Assembly: GCA_050506795.1 (NCBI GenBank)
Contig: JBJHCF010000019.1
Coordinates: 24,675 to 88,674 of the forward strand
Length of the DNA: 64,000 bases
From: Opitutia bacterium
GTDB taxonomy: Bacteria; Verrucomicrobiota; Verrucomicrobiia; Opitutales; T3Sed10-336
Reading direction: 5' to 3'
Position 1 is the stretch's first letter, and each line of letters opens with the position of its first letter. Of this stretch, positions 10,669 through 19,296 are shown piece after piece. The position numbers and the translations under genes were made by a program. Under the pieces are notes generated by a model that saw only the letters and a list, made by a program, of their open reading frames with translations, had not been told where the DNA came from and ran no database searches.

Positions 10669-11112
10669 TTACCCCTTTTTGTAAACCGCTTTGGGATCGA
10701 AGACCCGTTCGTCGGTGAACTCCAGACGAAGGTTCTCCGGGTCGGCGACCCGCCGGTAGAAACAGGACCGGAAACCCTGGTGGCAGCAACCGGTGCCGGT
10801 GACTTCCACCTCGATCATGACCACGTCCTGATCGCAATCCACGCGGACGTCCTTGACCTTTTGCACCAACCCGGATTCCTCGCCTTTGATCCACAGCTTG
10901 TTCCGGCTGCGGCTGTAGTAAGTCGCTTTCCCTGTGGTCAGAGTGAGTCTCAGGGCCTCCGCGTTCATATACGCGAACATGAGAACGTCCTTGCTGGCGG
11001 CATCCACCGTGATGCAGGGAATCAAGCCGTGCTCATCGAATTTCGGTCGCATGAGGTCGCCCTCTTCGATGGCCTTTTTATCCGTTCTTTCCGGAAAAGC
11101 GTGTGCGTTCAT
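10669..11112 (-). CDS. hisI: Phosphoribosyl-AMP cyclohydrolase
   Basis: VLMFAYMN, YYSRSR..LWIKGEESG, DCDQD, CHQGFRSCFYR. Confidence 0.95.
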   Translation of the reverse strand: MNAHAFPERTDKKAIEEGDLMRPKFDEHGLIPCITVDAASKDVLMFAYMNAEALRLTLTTGKATYYSRSRNKLWIKGEESGLVQKVKDVRVDCDQDVVMIEVEVTGTGCCHQGFRSCFYRRVADPENLRLEFTDERVFDPKAVYKKG

Positions 11113-11173
11113 TTCTCCGTTTTCACCGCGATTGCCGTTCGGGTCAAGGCAAGGGGCGGGTCGGCCTGGGTGT

Positions 11174-12694
11174 TTACGTTCCCAGCCGCAGGATTTCCTC
11201 TCTGTCGCTGTAGGGGAGGCGGGATTCTCCGACCAACTGGTACGTTTCATGTCCCTTGCCGGCGACGACCAGCACATCGCCCGGCCCGGTTTCGGCGTAG
11301 GCTTCCCGGATGGCGGTGGCCCGGTCGGTGAGGGTGCGAACGCGGGCGCCGGGAAGGCAGCCTTGCAGCACCTCGGCGACGATGGCCGCCGGGTCCTCGG
11401 TGCGGGGATTGTCGGAGGTGATCCAGCAGGTGTCGGCCCGTTCGGAGGCGATTCGCCCCATCAGGGGCCGTTTTCCTTTGTCCCGGTCTCCTCCGCAGCC
11501 AAAAACCACAACCATCCTCCCGGGCAGCAGGGCGCGGCAGTTTTCCAGGAGATGCCGCAGCCCATCGGGATTGTGGGCGAAATCGATGATGGCCACGGCG
11601 CCGTTGGGCAGGGGATAACTTTCCATCCTGCCGGGGGCGGGGGCGAAATCCGCCACCGCGGCCGCGGCATGTTCCGGATCGGCGCCCAATTCCACCGCGG
11701 CGGCCAGGGCGGCGAGAATATTGTAGGTCTGAAATCGGCCCACCAGGCGACTCTCCACCGGGTAGCGCTTTCCTTGGCGGGCGGCCAGGAAGCGAGAGCC
11801 GTCCGGACCGCAGGAAACGTCCGCGGCAGTCCAGTCGGCGGTCGGATCAAGCCCGTAGGTCACCACCCGCGCTCGAAGGCCTTCGTGGAAAGAACTGAAG
11901 CGTTCGGTATCGCGGTTGATCGCGGCAAAGGCTTCCGGTTCGAGCGCCGTGAACAGCCGTCGCTTGGCGGCGGCGTAGGCGTCGAGACTACCGTGGAAAT
12001 CAAGGTGGTCGCGCGAGAAGTTGGTCAGGATTGCTCCGGAGAAGCGAATTCCTTCCGTCCGGTCGAGCGCCAGGCCGTGAGACGAGACCTCCATGACGGA
12101 GTAGGGAACACCCAGGTCGCGCAGGCGGTCCAGCCGGTCGTAGGTCACCGGCGCCAGCGGCGTGGTGTATTCACCCGGGTCCAGAGTCCTCCCTCCCAGC
12201 TCGACGCCGAGGGTGCCCATACTGGCACAGGCGCCGCGGGTTTTCCTCAGAATATGGGCCAGCAAACGGGTGGTGGTGGTTTTACCGTTGGTCCCGGTGA
12301 CGCCCACCGTGGCCACCGAGTCGTCCGGATCATTGTAGAACGTGCGGGCCGCCCGGGCCAGCGCCTCGCGGGGGCGAGGGACGATAAGCTGGGGACCGTT
12401 CCAGTCCGGGATCGGCTGGTCGGTGATGACCGCCAACGCGCCATTTGTTGCCGCCGTGCTGACAAATTCGCGGCCCCGGCGCCACAGGTTATAGACCAGG
12501 TACTCGTCGACACACACGTACAGATCACCGGGTTTCACCCGGTCGGGCCGGCACTCCACGCCGGTGACCATGGTATCGCGAAATCCAGGGCTGTCATCCG
12601 GGGCCAATCCCAGGGCGACCGCAATGTCGCTCAGCGATTTACGTATCGTCTTTCGCTCTCTCCATTGCTTGAAATCCTCCGCCAAACCGTTCAT
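11174..12694 (-). CDS. murE: MurE-family UDP-MurNAc-dipeptide:DAP ligase
   Basis: GVTGTNGKTTT, MEVSSHGL, TNFSRDHLDFH, DFAHNPDG, FGCGGDRDKGKRPLMG, TSDNPRTEDP, AGKGHETYQ. Confidence 0.9.
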   Translation of the reverse strand: MNGLAEDFKQWRERKTIRKSLSDIAVALGLAPDDSPGFRDTMVTGVECRPDRVKPGDLYVCVDEYLVYNLWRRGREFVSTAATNGALAVITDQPIPDWNGPQLIVPRPREALARAARTFYNDPDDSVATVGVTGTNGKTTTTRLLAHILRKTRGACASMGTLGVELGGRTLDPGEYTTPLAPVTYDRLDRLRDLGVPYSVMEVSSHGLALDRTEGIRFSGAILTNFSRDHLDFHGSLDAYAAAKRRLFTALEPEAFAAINRDTERFSSFHEGLRARVVTYGLDPTADWTAADVSCGPDGSRFLAARQGKRYPVESRLVGRFQTYNILAALAAAVELGADPEHAAAAVADFAPAPGRMESYPLPNGAVAIIDFAHNPDGLRHLLENCRALLPGRMVVVFGCGGDRDKGKRPLMGRIASERADTCWITSDNPRTEDPAAIVAEVLQGCLPGARVRTLTDRATAIREAYAETGPGDVLVVAGKGHETYQLVGESRLPYSDREEILRLGT

Positions 12695-12763
12695 GCTCCT
12701 CTTTTTTCCATGACTCGCCAGACTACTCGTCATCCTGCTGCGCCAACCCTGTAAATCCTCCGT

Positions 12764-14734
12764 TTGCCGAAATCCTTTTTCAACGTTTTTCGATTTAAAC
12801 AGCCACCGACTTTCCGTCTGACCGGCTCCCACCTGGCGGATCTTTACCGTCAGGCCGCCGAAACCTTCGGCGAAATGCCTGCATTCGCCACCCGCAAAAA
12901 GGCCCGCCAATGGGAACCGGTCAGTTTTCGCGAGCTTTATGATCGCGGGGTTTTCCTGGCCACGGCACTCATCGACATCGGCGTGGCGGCGCGCAGTCAC
13001 GTGGGTTTGTTGGGCGACAACCGTCTGGAATGGATTCTGGCGGACTACGGGGTGCAGTTGTGCGGCGCCGCCGATGTGCCGCGAGGCGCGGACGTGACCG
13101 ATCGCGAGATCGAGTACATTTTCGACCATGCCCGGGTGCGGGTGGCGTTTGTGGAAACCCCCTCCCTGCGCGATCGATTGCTGGCGTTGCGGGACAAGCT
13201 GCCCGCGGGCAGGGAGATGGAGATCATTGTGCTCGACCCAAGCGCGGGACCGGTCGAAGGCTCCCGGCGTCTGGCCGACCTTGTAGAGCACGGACGCGGA
13301 TTGCGGGAACGTGGAGACCGGCGGGTGGAGGAGCGGGTGAAGGATCTTCGGCCGGATGACCTTTTCACGCTAATCTACACTTCGGGAACGACTGGAGAGC
13401 CGAAGGGGGTGATGCTGACGCACGCCAACATGATCTCCCAGTTGGACCGGATACCGCTGGAGGTTTCCTGTACCGACCGGATCGTATCGGTCCTGCCGGT
13501 ATGGCATATTTTCGAGCGGGTGTTCGAAATGCTGGCCATCAGCCGGGGCTGTTGCACCTATTATTCCGGCGTGCGCAGCCTGGCCGAGGATATGAAGGAC
13601 GTAGAACCCACGTTTATGGGTTCGGCGCCGAGGCTCTGGGAAAGCGTGCACCAGCGGATTCTCAAGGGAGTCAAGCAGTCTCATCCCGTACGGCGGGCGC
13701 TTTTCCACACCGCGTATTTTTTCAGCCATTACTACAAGGAATCGGTATTTTTCTTCTGTGGATGCGCCTTGGATTTGAAAAATCGGTCCAAGGCGAAAAC
13801 GGCGGCGCTCGCGGTTTTTCACGCGGTACGTTGGTTTATTTTGCTGCCCTGGTACGGTTTTTTTAACGCCGCTGTCCTGGAAAAGCTGCGTTTGGTGGTT
13901 GGAGGAGCTTTCAAGGGATCGGTGTCGGGCGGGGGCGCGTTGTCCAGGGAAGTGGATCAGTTTTTCAATTACATTGGGATACCTGTGCTGGAGGGATACG
14001 GCCTCACCGAGTCGTCGCCGGTTATCGCCGTGCGGACACCCGAAAAGCTGGTGATTGGAACCGTGGGTCCGGTTATTCCGGATACGGAGCTTCGTATCCT
14101 CTGTCTCGATACTGGACGCGTCCTTTATCCGGATCCCAAGCGGGAGGACGGCGGCCGCGGATTGCGCGGCGAGGTGGTGGTGCGCGGGCCGCAGGTGATG
14201 AAAGGGTATTACCGCAATCCGGAGGCCACGGAAGCGTCTTTGCGCGATGGATGGCTGCATACCGGCGATATCGGACTGGTCACCTTTAACGACTGCCTGC
14301 GAATTGTCGGCCGCTGCAAGGAAACCGTTGTGCTCTCCAGCGGGGAGAACCTGGAGCCGGCCCCGATCGAAATGCGGCTTCTGCAGTCGCCGCTGGTCGA
14401 TCAGTGCGTGGTGGTGGGGCAGGATCGAAAAGCCCCCGCGGCGCTGATCGTGCCGTCGTTGGAAGGATTCGCGGAAAACGGAATCAAGGCGGAGAACCGT
14501 GTGGAACTCGCGCGCGATCCGGACGCCCGTTCGCTCATGCGTTCGGCGATTCGGGTGCAGATCTCCGAACGCGAGGGGTTCAAGGCGTTCGAGCGCATCA
14601 ATATTTTCTTCCTGTTGGAAGAGCCGTTCAGCACGGACGAGGAGTTGACCAGCCTGTTCAAGCTCAAGCGTCACGTGGTTGCGGAGAAGTACCGGGACGT
14701 GATTAACGCCATGTATGAACGCAGCGAGCGTTGA
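12764..14734 (+). CDS. Long-chain acyl-CoA synthetase (AMP-binding)
   Basis: YTSGTTGEPKGVMLTH, EGYGLTE, GWLHTGDIG, GRCKETVVLSSGENLEP. Confidence 0.92.
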   Translation: MPKSFFNVFRFKQPPTFRLTGSHLADLYRQAAETFGEMPAFATRKKARQWEPVSFRELYDRGVFLATALIDIGVAARSHVGLLGDNRLEWILADYGVQLCGAADVPRGADVTDREIEYIFDHARVRVAFVETPSLRDRLLALRDKLPAGREMEIIVLDPSAGPVEGSRRLADLVEHGRGLRERGDRRVEERVKDLRPDDLFTLIYTSGTTGEPKGVMLTHANMISQLDRIPLEVSCTDRIVSVLPVWHIFERVFEMLAISRGCCTYYSGVRSLAEDMKDVEPTFMGSAPRLWESVHQRILKGVKQSHPVRRALFHTAYFFSHYYKESVFFFCGCALDLKNRSKAKTAALAVFHAVRWFILLPWYGFFNAAVLEKLRLVVGGAFKGSVSGGGALSREVDQFFNYIGIPVLEGYGLTESSPVIAVRTPEKLVIGTVGPVIPDTELRILCLDTGRVLYPDPKREDGGRGLRGEVVVRGPQVMKGYYRNPEATEASLRDGWLHTGDIGLVTFNDCLRIVGRCKETVVLSSGENLEPAPIEMRLLQSPLVDQCVVVGQDRKAPAALIVPSLEGFAENGIKAENRVELARDPDARSLMRSAIRVQISEREGFKAFERINIFFLLEEPFSTDEELTSLFKLKRHVVAEKYRDVINAMYERSER

Positions 14735-14740
14735 AAACCG

Positions 14741-15760
14741 ATGGAAATCGATCAGCAACTTTTGAATCCGATTGAGCAGGGCCTGCTCGCCATCATGATT
14801 CTGATTATTATGTTCGGTATGGGCGCCACCCTGACACCGGGTGATTTTCGCAACGCCCTGGATCGTCCGAAGGGTCTGCTGATCGGATTTCTGTCACAGT
14901 TCGGCTTGATGCCCCTGATCGCCTTCAGTTTGGCCGTCGTGTTGCAACTGCCGCCGGCCCACGCCATTGCTTTGATTCTCATCGGTTGTCTTCCGGGAGG
15001 AACCACCTCCAACATGTTCGCCTATTTCGCGCGCGGTTCGGTGGCGTTGAGCATATCGATGACGGCGGCCTCGACGCTGCTCGCCCTCATTATGATGCCG
15101 ATTCTGCTCGATCTTTACGCTTCCGGTTTCGGCGAACAGATCGACGCGGAGTTGCGGGCGGCGGGCGACGAAACCGGTTTTGTGATGCCGTATTTCAACA
15201 TCATCCTATCCCTGTTGCTGGTGCTGGTGCCGGTGGCGGCGGGAATGGTTCTGCTGCGGATTTCTCCCGGTTGGGCCAAAACAGCCGAAGACACCGCCGG
15301 ATTCATGGCGATCGTGGTGATCCTTTTTCTGCTCTGTTCGGTGATCATTCGTCACGCGAACCTGTTTCTGGATACCTCCTGGAGAATTTACGCCGGCGCG
15401 GTTTGTGTCGGGTTGATCGGCTTCCTCTTCGGTTACCTGATGGCCGGTCTGGCGCGGTTGGCTCCGCGGTTCAAACGGGCGGTCTCGCTCGAGACCGGAA
15501 TACAAAACGGGCCCATCGCCTTCGCCATCATCCTGCTCAGTTTTCGCGAACCGCTGCAGAGTCAGATGCTCTGGGTGGCCATTCTCTATTCCACCTTCAT
15601 TGTGATCACTTCTTCCTTCGTCACGCTCTATTTCCGCCGCATCGGACGGGCCGACTGGGAGGTTTATCGCAATGACGTGGTGCATCGCCGGCTTTTCGGA
15701 AAAGACTACTCCGTCACCTATCCCGAAGCCGCCGTGGGCCGGATTGGGCGGCGCGAGTAA
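14741..15760 (+). CDS. BASS (bile acid:Na+ symporter) family transporter
   Basis: IMFGMGATL, QFGLMP, PGGTTSN, SLETGIQNG; many TM segments. Confidence 0.92.
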   Translation: MEIDQQLLNPIEQGLLAIMILIIMFGMGATLTPGDFRNALDRPKGLLIGFLSQFGLMPLIAFSLAVVLQLPPAHAIALILIGCLPGGTTSNMFAYFARGSVALSISMTAASTLLALIMMPILLDLYASGFGEQIDAELRAAGDETGFVMPYFNIILSLLLVLVPVAAGMVLLRISPGWAKTAEDTAGFMAIVVILFLLCSVIIRHANLFLDTSWRIYAGAVCVGLIGFLFGYLMAGLARLAPRFKRAVSLETGIQNGPIAFAIILLSFREPLQSQMLWVAILYSTFIVITSSFVTLYFRRIGRADWEVYRNDVVHRRLFGKDYSVTYPEAAVGRIGRRE

Positions 15761-15829
15761 TGCCCCTTTCCAGGGTCCAGGATCAGCAGGACATTGCCCC
15801 GAACCTCGTTTTTTGCTCTCTTGGTTTTT

Positions 15830-17260
15830 ATGAGCGAGCCCGCAGCCACTCGTGCGCTAAAAAGAAAACTCGGTTCCTGTGTCGATACCGGGGCTGAAGC
15901 CCGGCATGCCGCTTCCTTCGACGGCAGCAAACTGGCCTGGACGCCGGACGCCGTGATCCGGCCGCGTTCGGAGGAGGACGTTGCGACGCTGCTGCGTCAC
16001 GCGAACCGTCATGGGGTTCCCGTGACCACGCGCGGGGGCGGATCGTCCCTCACCGGCTCGGCTTCGCCGGTTCGCGGGGGCTGGGTCCTCGACCTTTCCG
16101 CTTGGAGGAAACTTCGGGTCGACCGGGCCGCCGGCATGGCCTACGTCCAGCCCGGAGTGCGCACCGGGGACTTGCAGCGCGCCGCGGCGCGCCGCGGCTG
16201 GTTTTATCCTCCGGACCCGTCCTCCAAGGAGTTCGGCACACTCGGAGGCAATATCGCCTGCAACGCCGGGGGCATGAGGGGCGGAAAGTACGGAGTGACC
16301 CGCGACTACGTTTTGGCCCTGCGCGGCGTTTTGCCGACCGGGGAAATCGTTTCCTGGAGCCGCGATCTGCGCAAGTATGCCGCCGGTTACAACATGCGCG
16401 ACCTGTGGATCGGCAGCGAAGGGACGCTCGGGGTGATTACCGAAGCGGTGCTGCGCCTGATTCCCATGCCGGAGACTCGTTGGACCGTTCTGGCATCCTT
16501 TGCCAACGAAACCCTCGCTTTGCGGACGGTGAAGGCGATTCTGTCCGCGCCGTTGATTCCCTCCATTCTGGAGTTTCTTGATCGGGAGAGCGTGGCCTGC
16601 GCGGAGAGCGCCACCGGGGAGAGCGTGTTCCAGGGACAAGCCGGGCGTCCGGTGCTGCTTATGGAGCTGGACGGACATCCCGCCGCGGTGCGGGACGAAC
16701 GGCGCCGGCTGCTGGAGATCGTTCAACCGCGAGCCCTGGCGGTGAGGGAGGCTTCGGACGAAAAGGAGACGGAGGCGCTTTGGGAAGTCCGGCGGAAATG
16801 TTCGGGAGCCATGTTCGAACTGGGCGACAGCAAGTTGAATGAGGACGTGGTGGTTCCGCTGCGCTCGCAGATCAAACTAATGACCTTTATTCGGCGCCTG
16901 AGCCGGGAAACCGGTGTTCCGATCGCAACTTTCGGCCATGCTGCGGATGGGAATTTCCACGTCAATATCATGTACCGCCGCGACGACCGCGATATTTCCG
17001 CCCGGGCCCTGGGCGCGCTGCGCGCCCTGATGCAAGAGGTGATCGATCTCGGTGGTGCCATTAGCGGCGAACACGGGATTGGTCTGGCCAAGACCCCCTT
17101 TCTGACTCTGGAGCACGGGCGGGCTGAGATTGCCGCCATGGGTGCCGTCAAGCAGGCCCTGGATCCCAATAACATCCTGAACCCGGGCAAGATTTTCGAC
17201 GTCACCGAAGTTTGGAAAGAGCGTCCCCTCAAAGTCCGACTTCCGTGGGACCATAAGTAA
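15830..17260 (+). CDS. FAD-linked oxidase, GlcD/D-2-hydroxyacid dehydrogenase family
   Basis: RGGGSSLTG, YPPDPSS, NAGG, GSEGTLGVIT, FGHAADGNFH, ISGEHGIG, LDPNNILNPGK. Confidence 0.9.
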   Translation: MSEPAATRALKRKLGSCVDTGAEARHAASFDGSKLAWTPDAVIRPRSEEDVATLLRHANRHGVPVTTRGGGSSLTGSASPVRGGWVLDLSAWRKLRVDRAAGMAYVQPGVRTGDLQRAAARRGWFYPPDPSSKEFGTLGGNIACNAGGMRGGKYGVTRDYVLALRGVLPTGEIVSWSRDLRKYAAGYNMRDLWIGSEGTLGVITEAVLRLIPMPETRWTVLASFANETLALRTVKAILSAPLIPSILEFLDRESVACAESATGESVFQGQAGRPVLLMELDGHPAAVRDERRRLLEIVQPRALAVREASDEKETEALWEVRRKCSGAMFELGDSKLNEDVVVPLRSQIKLMTFIRRLSRETGVPIATFGHAADGNFHVNIMYRRDDRDISARALGALRALMQEVIDLGGAISGEHGIGLAKTPFLTLEHGRAEIAAMGAVKQALDPNNILNPGKIFDVTEVWKERPLKVRLPWDHK

Positions 17261-17267
17261 GGTGGAC

Positions 17268-17368
17268 GTTAAAAATTCAAAGTTGAAAGTAACTGGCAGG
17301 AAGTGAATTGCACGATAACCGATTGCCATTCACCAATAACCATTCACCGATAACCATAAACCGCCAAC
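17268..17368. repeat. Degenerate heptamer tandem repeats
   Basis: 17313-17368 cgataac cgattgc cattcac caataac cattcac cgataac cataaac cgccaac; 17268-17288 gttaaaa attcaaa gttgaaa. Confidence 0.7.
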
Positions 17369-17454
17369 ACCCGCCTTCCTTCCCGAGAGTTGATTTTTTT
17401 CGGTTTTCGTGTGTCTTTCCATTTAGGAATTTCTAAACCAGAGTTTTGTCCTTC

Positions 17455-19296
17455 ATGATCTTTTATCCGCGCCGATCCGTTTTGTTGTCGGCGGGGCTGA
17501 TGGCCCTGCTTGTCGCTCCCGTTCTTAACGCCGCGGATGAATTCCCGGAAATCATGCCGCTTTCCGAAGTCGAACCGGGAATGCAAGGGGAATGGCGTAC
17601 CGTAATTTCGGGCACACGGATCGAATCGTTCCCGCTCAAGGTGGTCGGGGTCGGCGTGAATTTCCTTGGCCCGCGGCGTTCACTGATTCTCTGCGAAGCG
17701 CTGGATGAGCACAGTCTTGTGACCGGACCGGTTTCCGGGATGAGCGGCAGTCCGGTGTTCATCGACGGGAAACTCGTGGGGGCGTACGCGTACGGTTTTA
17801 CCTGGGCCAAGGAACAGGCTTTGATCGGCGTGACCCCGATCGAAGATATGCTGGAGGTCTGGGATTGGGCCGAACGGGAAGAACGTGACCCCATTGCCCG
17901 CCGGGCGGGGGACCGGGGCGGCTTGCGGCGCGCCTGGAGCGAGCCGCCGGATCGCGAGATGCTCGAGTCGGGCGCTTGGCGATCGTTCGATGACGGCGCC
18001 TTGCCGTCGCGGGATCTGGTGCGCGAATCGATCCGGCCGTTGCCGACGCCTCTCTTTGTCGCAGGCATATCTCCTTCGGTGATGGCCGCCTTTGAACGTG
18101 AGTTTCGTCAGCGCGGCATCCAATTGGAAACCGCGCCGATGGGGCGGGCGCGGGGCGATATCGACCTGGAGTTGAAGCCGGGTTCCGCAGTGGCGGGGAT
18201 GCTCATGACCGGTGATTTCACGTTTGCCGGCACGGGTACGGTCACCCACCGCATGGGGGATCGCATCCTGGCGTTCGGGCATTCCTTTTTCGGCGAAGGC
18301 GACGTGGACATTCCCATGGCCCCGGCGGAAGTCATGACCGTGGTCCAATCGGTTCAGAGTTCGTTCAAGCTCAGCAATCCCGGACCCGTAATCGGAGCGA
18401 TCCACCAGGACCGGCTCAGCGCCATCGCCGGCACCCTCGGGCGGACGGCGCCGGTCACGGAGATGGAGGTCCGGGTACGGGGACGCCTGGGGGAAGACGA
18501 GTATTACCGGGGTGAAATTTTCGAGGATGAATTTTTTTCCCCGCTGATCTCCGCCATGGCCCTGATGGAGGCGTTGCTCGATTCCAGATCCGCCGGCGGA
18601 GAGAAGACTCTCCTGGTGGAGACTCGTTTTGAAATTGAGGGCGAGGAACCCCTGGTACTGCGGGATGCGGCGGCGGGGAGTTCGGCGCCGCTGGTCCTGG
18701 CTTACGACCACCTGTTCCTGTACGATCAGATTGTCGCCAACCCCTTCGTTTTTCCCCGGGTTAAGCGGGTTGAGGTTGAGGTGAGCTCCCTCGACGAACA
18801 GCTCCTGACGCAACTCGACGGTGTGCAGCTCAACCGGACCCGTTTTCCCGCCGGCGGCGAAGTGGAGATGCTTCTGCGGCTGCGCAACCATCGCGGTGAA
18901 GCCACCACAAAACGGGTGCGGGTTCCTTTGCCGGAAAGCACCGGCAATGGGCGGTTCACCCTTTTTGTCGGCGACGCCCGGGCGGCCCGGGGAGTGTCGG
19001 AGGCGCGGGCCGCGACGCCCCGGAATTTTGCCCAGTTGATCGATCGCCTGCGGGATCACTACTCCCATCAGGAAATTCTCATCAAGGTCCTGGAGGACGC
19101 GCCCGGGCTGGCGGTGGAGGGTCAGTTTCTGCCCGATGTTCCTCCCTCGGTCGGAGCCCTCTACGGCTCGGCCGGCACCACTTTGCCCACCCGTGGCACC
19201 GCGACAAAAACCCTTTGGGAAACCCGGATTCGCGTCGATGGTGAATTCCGGGGCAACTACCGCAATTCCTTCAGTCTCGAACCCGCAATTCAATGA
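17455..19296 (+). CDS. Secreted SpoIVB/peptidase S55 domain protein
   Basis: Signal peptide; MPLSEVEPGMQG, GMSGSPVFIDGKLVGA, GVTPIEDM, GTVT..ILAFGH. Confidence 0.85.
   Translation: MIFYPRRSVLLSAGLMALLVAPVLNAADEFPEIMPLSEVEPGMQGEWRTVISGTRIESFPLKVVGVGVNFLGPRRSLILCEALDEHSLVTGPVSGMSGSPVFIDGKLVGAYAYGFTWAKEQALIGVTPIEDMLEVWDWAEREERDPIARRAGDRGGLRRAWSEPPDREMLESGAWRSFDDGALPSRDLVRESIRPLPTPLFVAGISPSVMAAFEREFRQRGIQLETAPMGRARGDIDLELKPGSAVAGMLMTGDFTFAGTGTVTHRMGDRILAFGHSFFGEGDVDIPMAPAEVMTVVQSVQSSFKLSNPGPVIGAIHQDRLSAIAGTLGRTAPVTEMEVRVRGRLGEDEYYRGEIFEDEFFSPLISAMALMEALLDSRSAGGEKTLLVETRFEIEGEEPLVLRDAAAGSSAPLVLAYDHLFLYDQIVANPFVFPRVKRVEVEVSSLDEQLLTQLDGVQLNRTRFPAGGEVEMLLRLRNHRGEATTKRVRVPLPESTGNGRFTLFVGDARAARGVSEARAATPRNFAQLIDRLRDHYSHQEILIKVLEDAPGLAVEGQFLPDVPPSVGALYGSAGTTLPTRGTATKTLWETRIRVDGEFRGNYRNSFSLEPAIQ

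Noticed and set aside
10934..12754. 606-aa plus-strand ORF and other long shadow ORFs (e.g. 17680-19326, 13370-14758, 41526-42734)
   Set aside because: Antisense to well-supported genes, with no motifs; expected in high-GC DNA
17313..17368. Possible CRISPR mini-array
   Set aside because: Units are 7 nt with no spacers, and no cas genes are present
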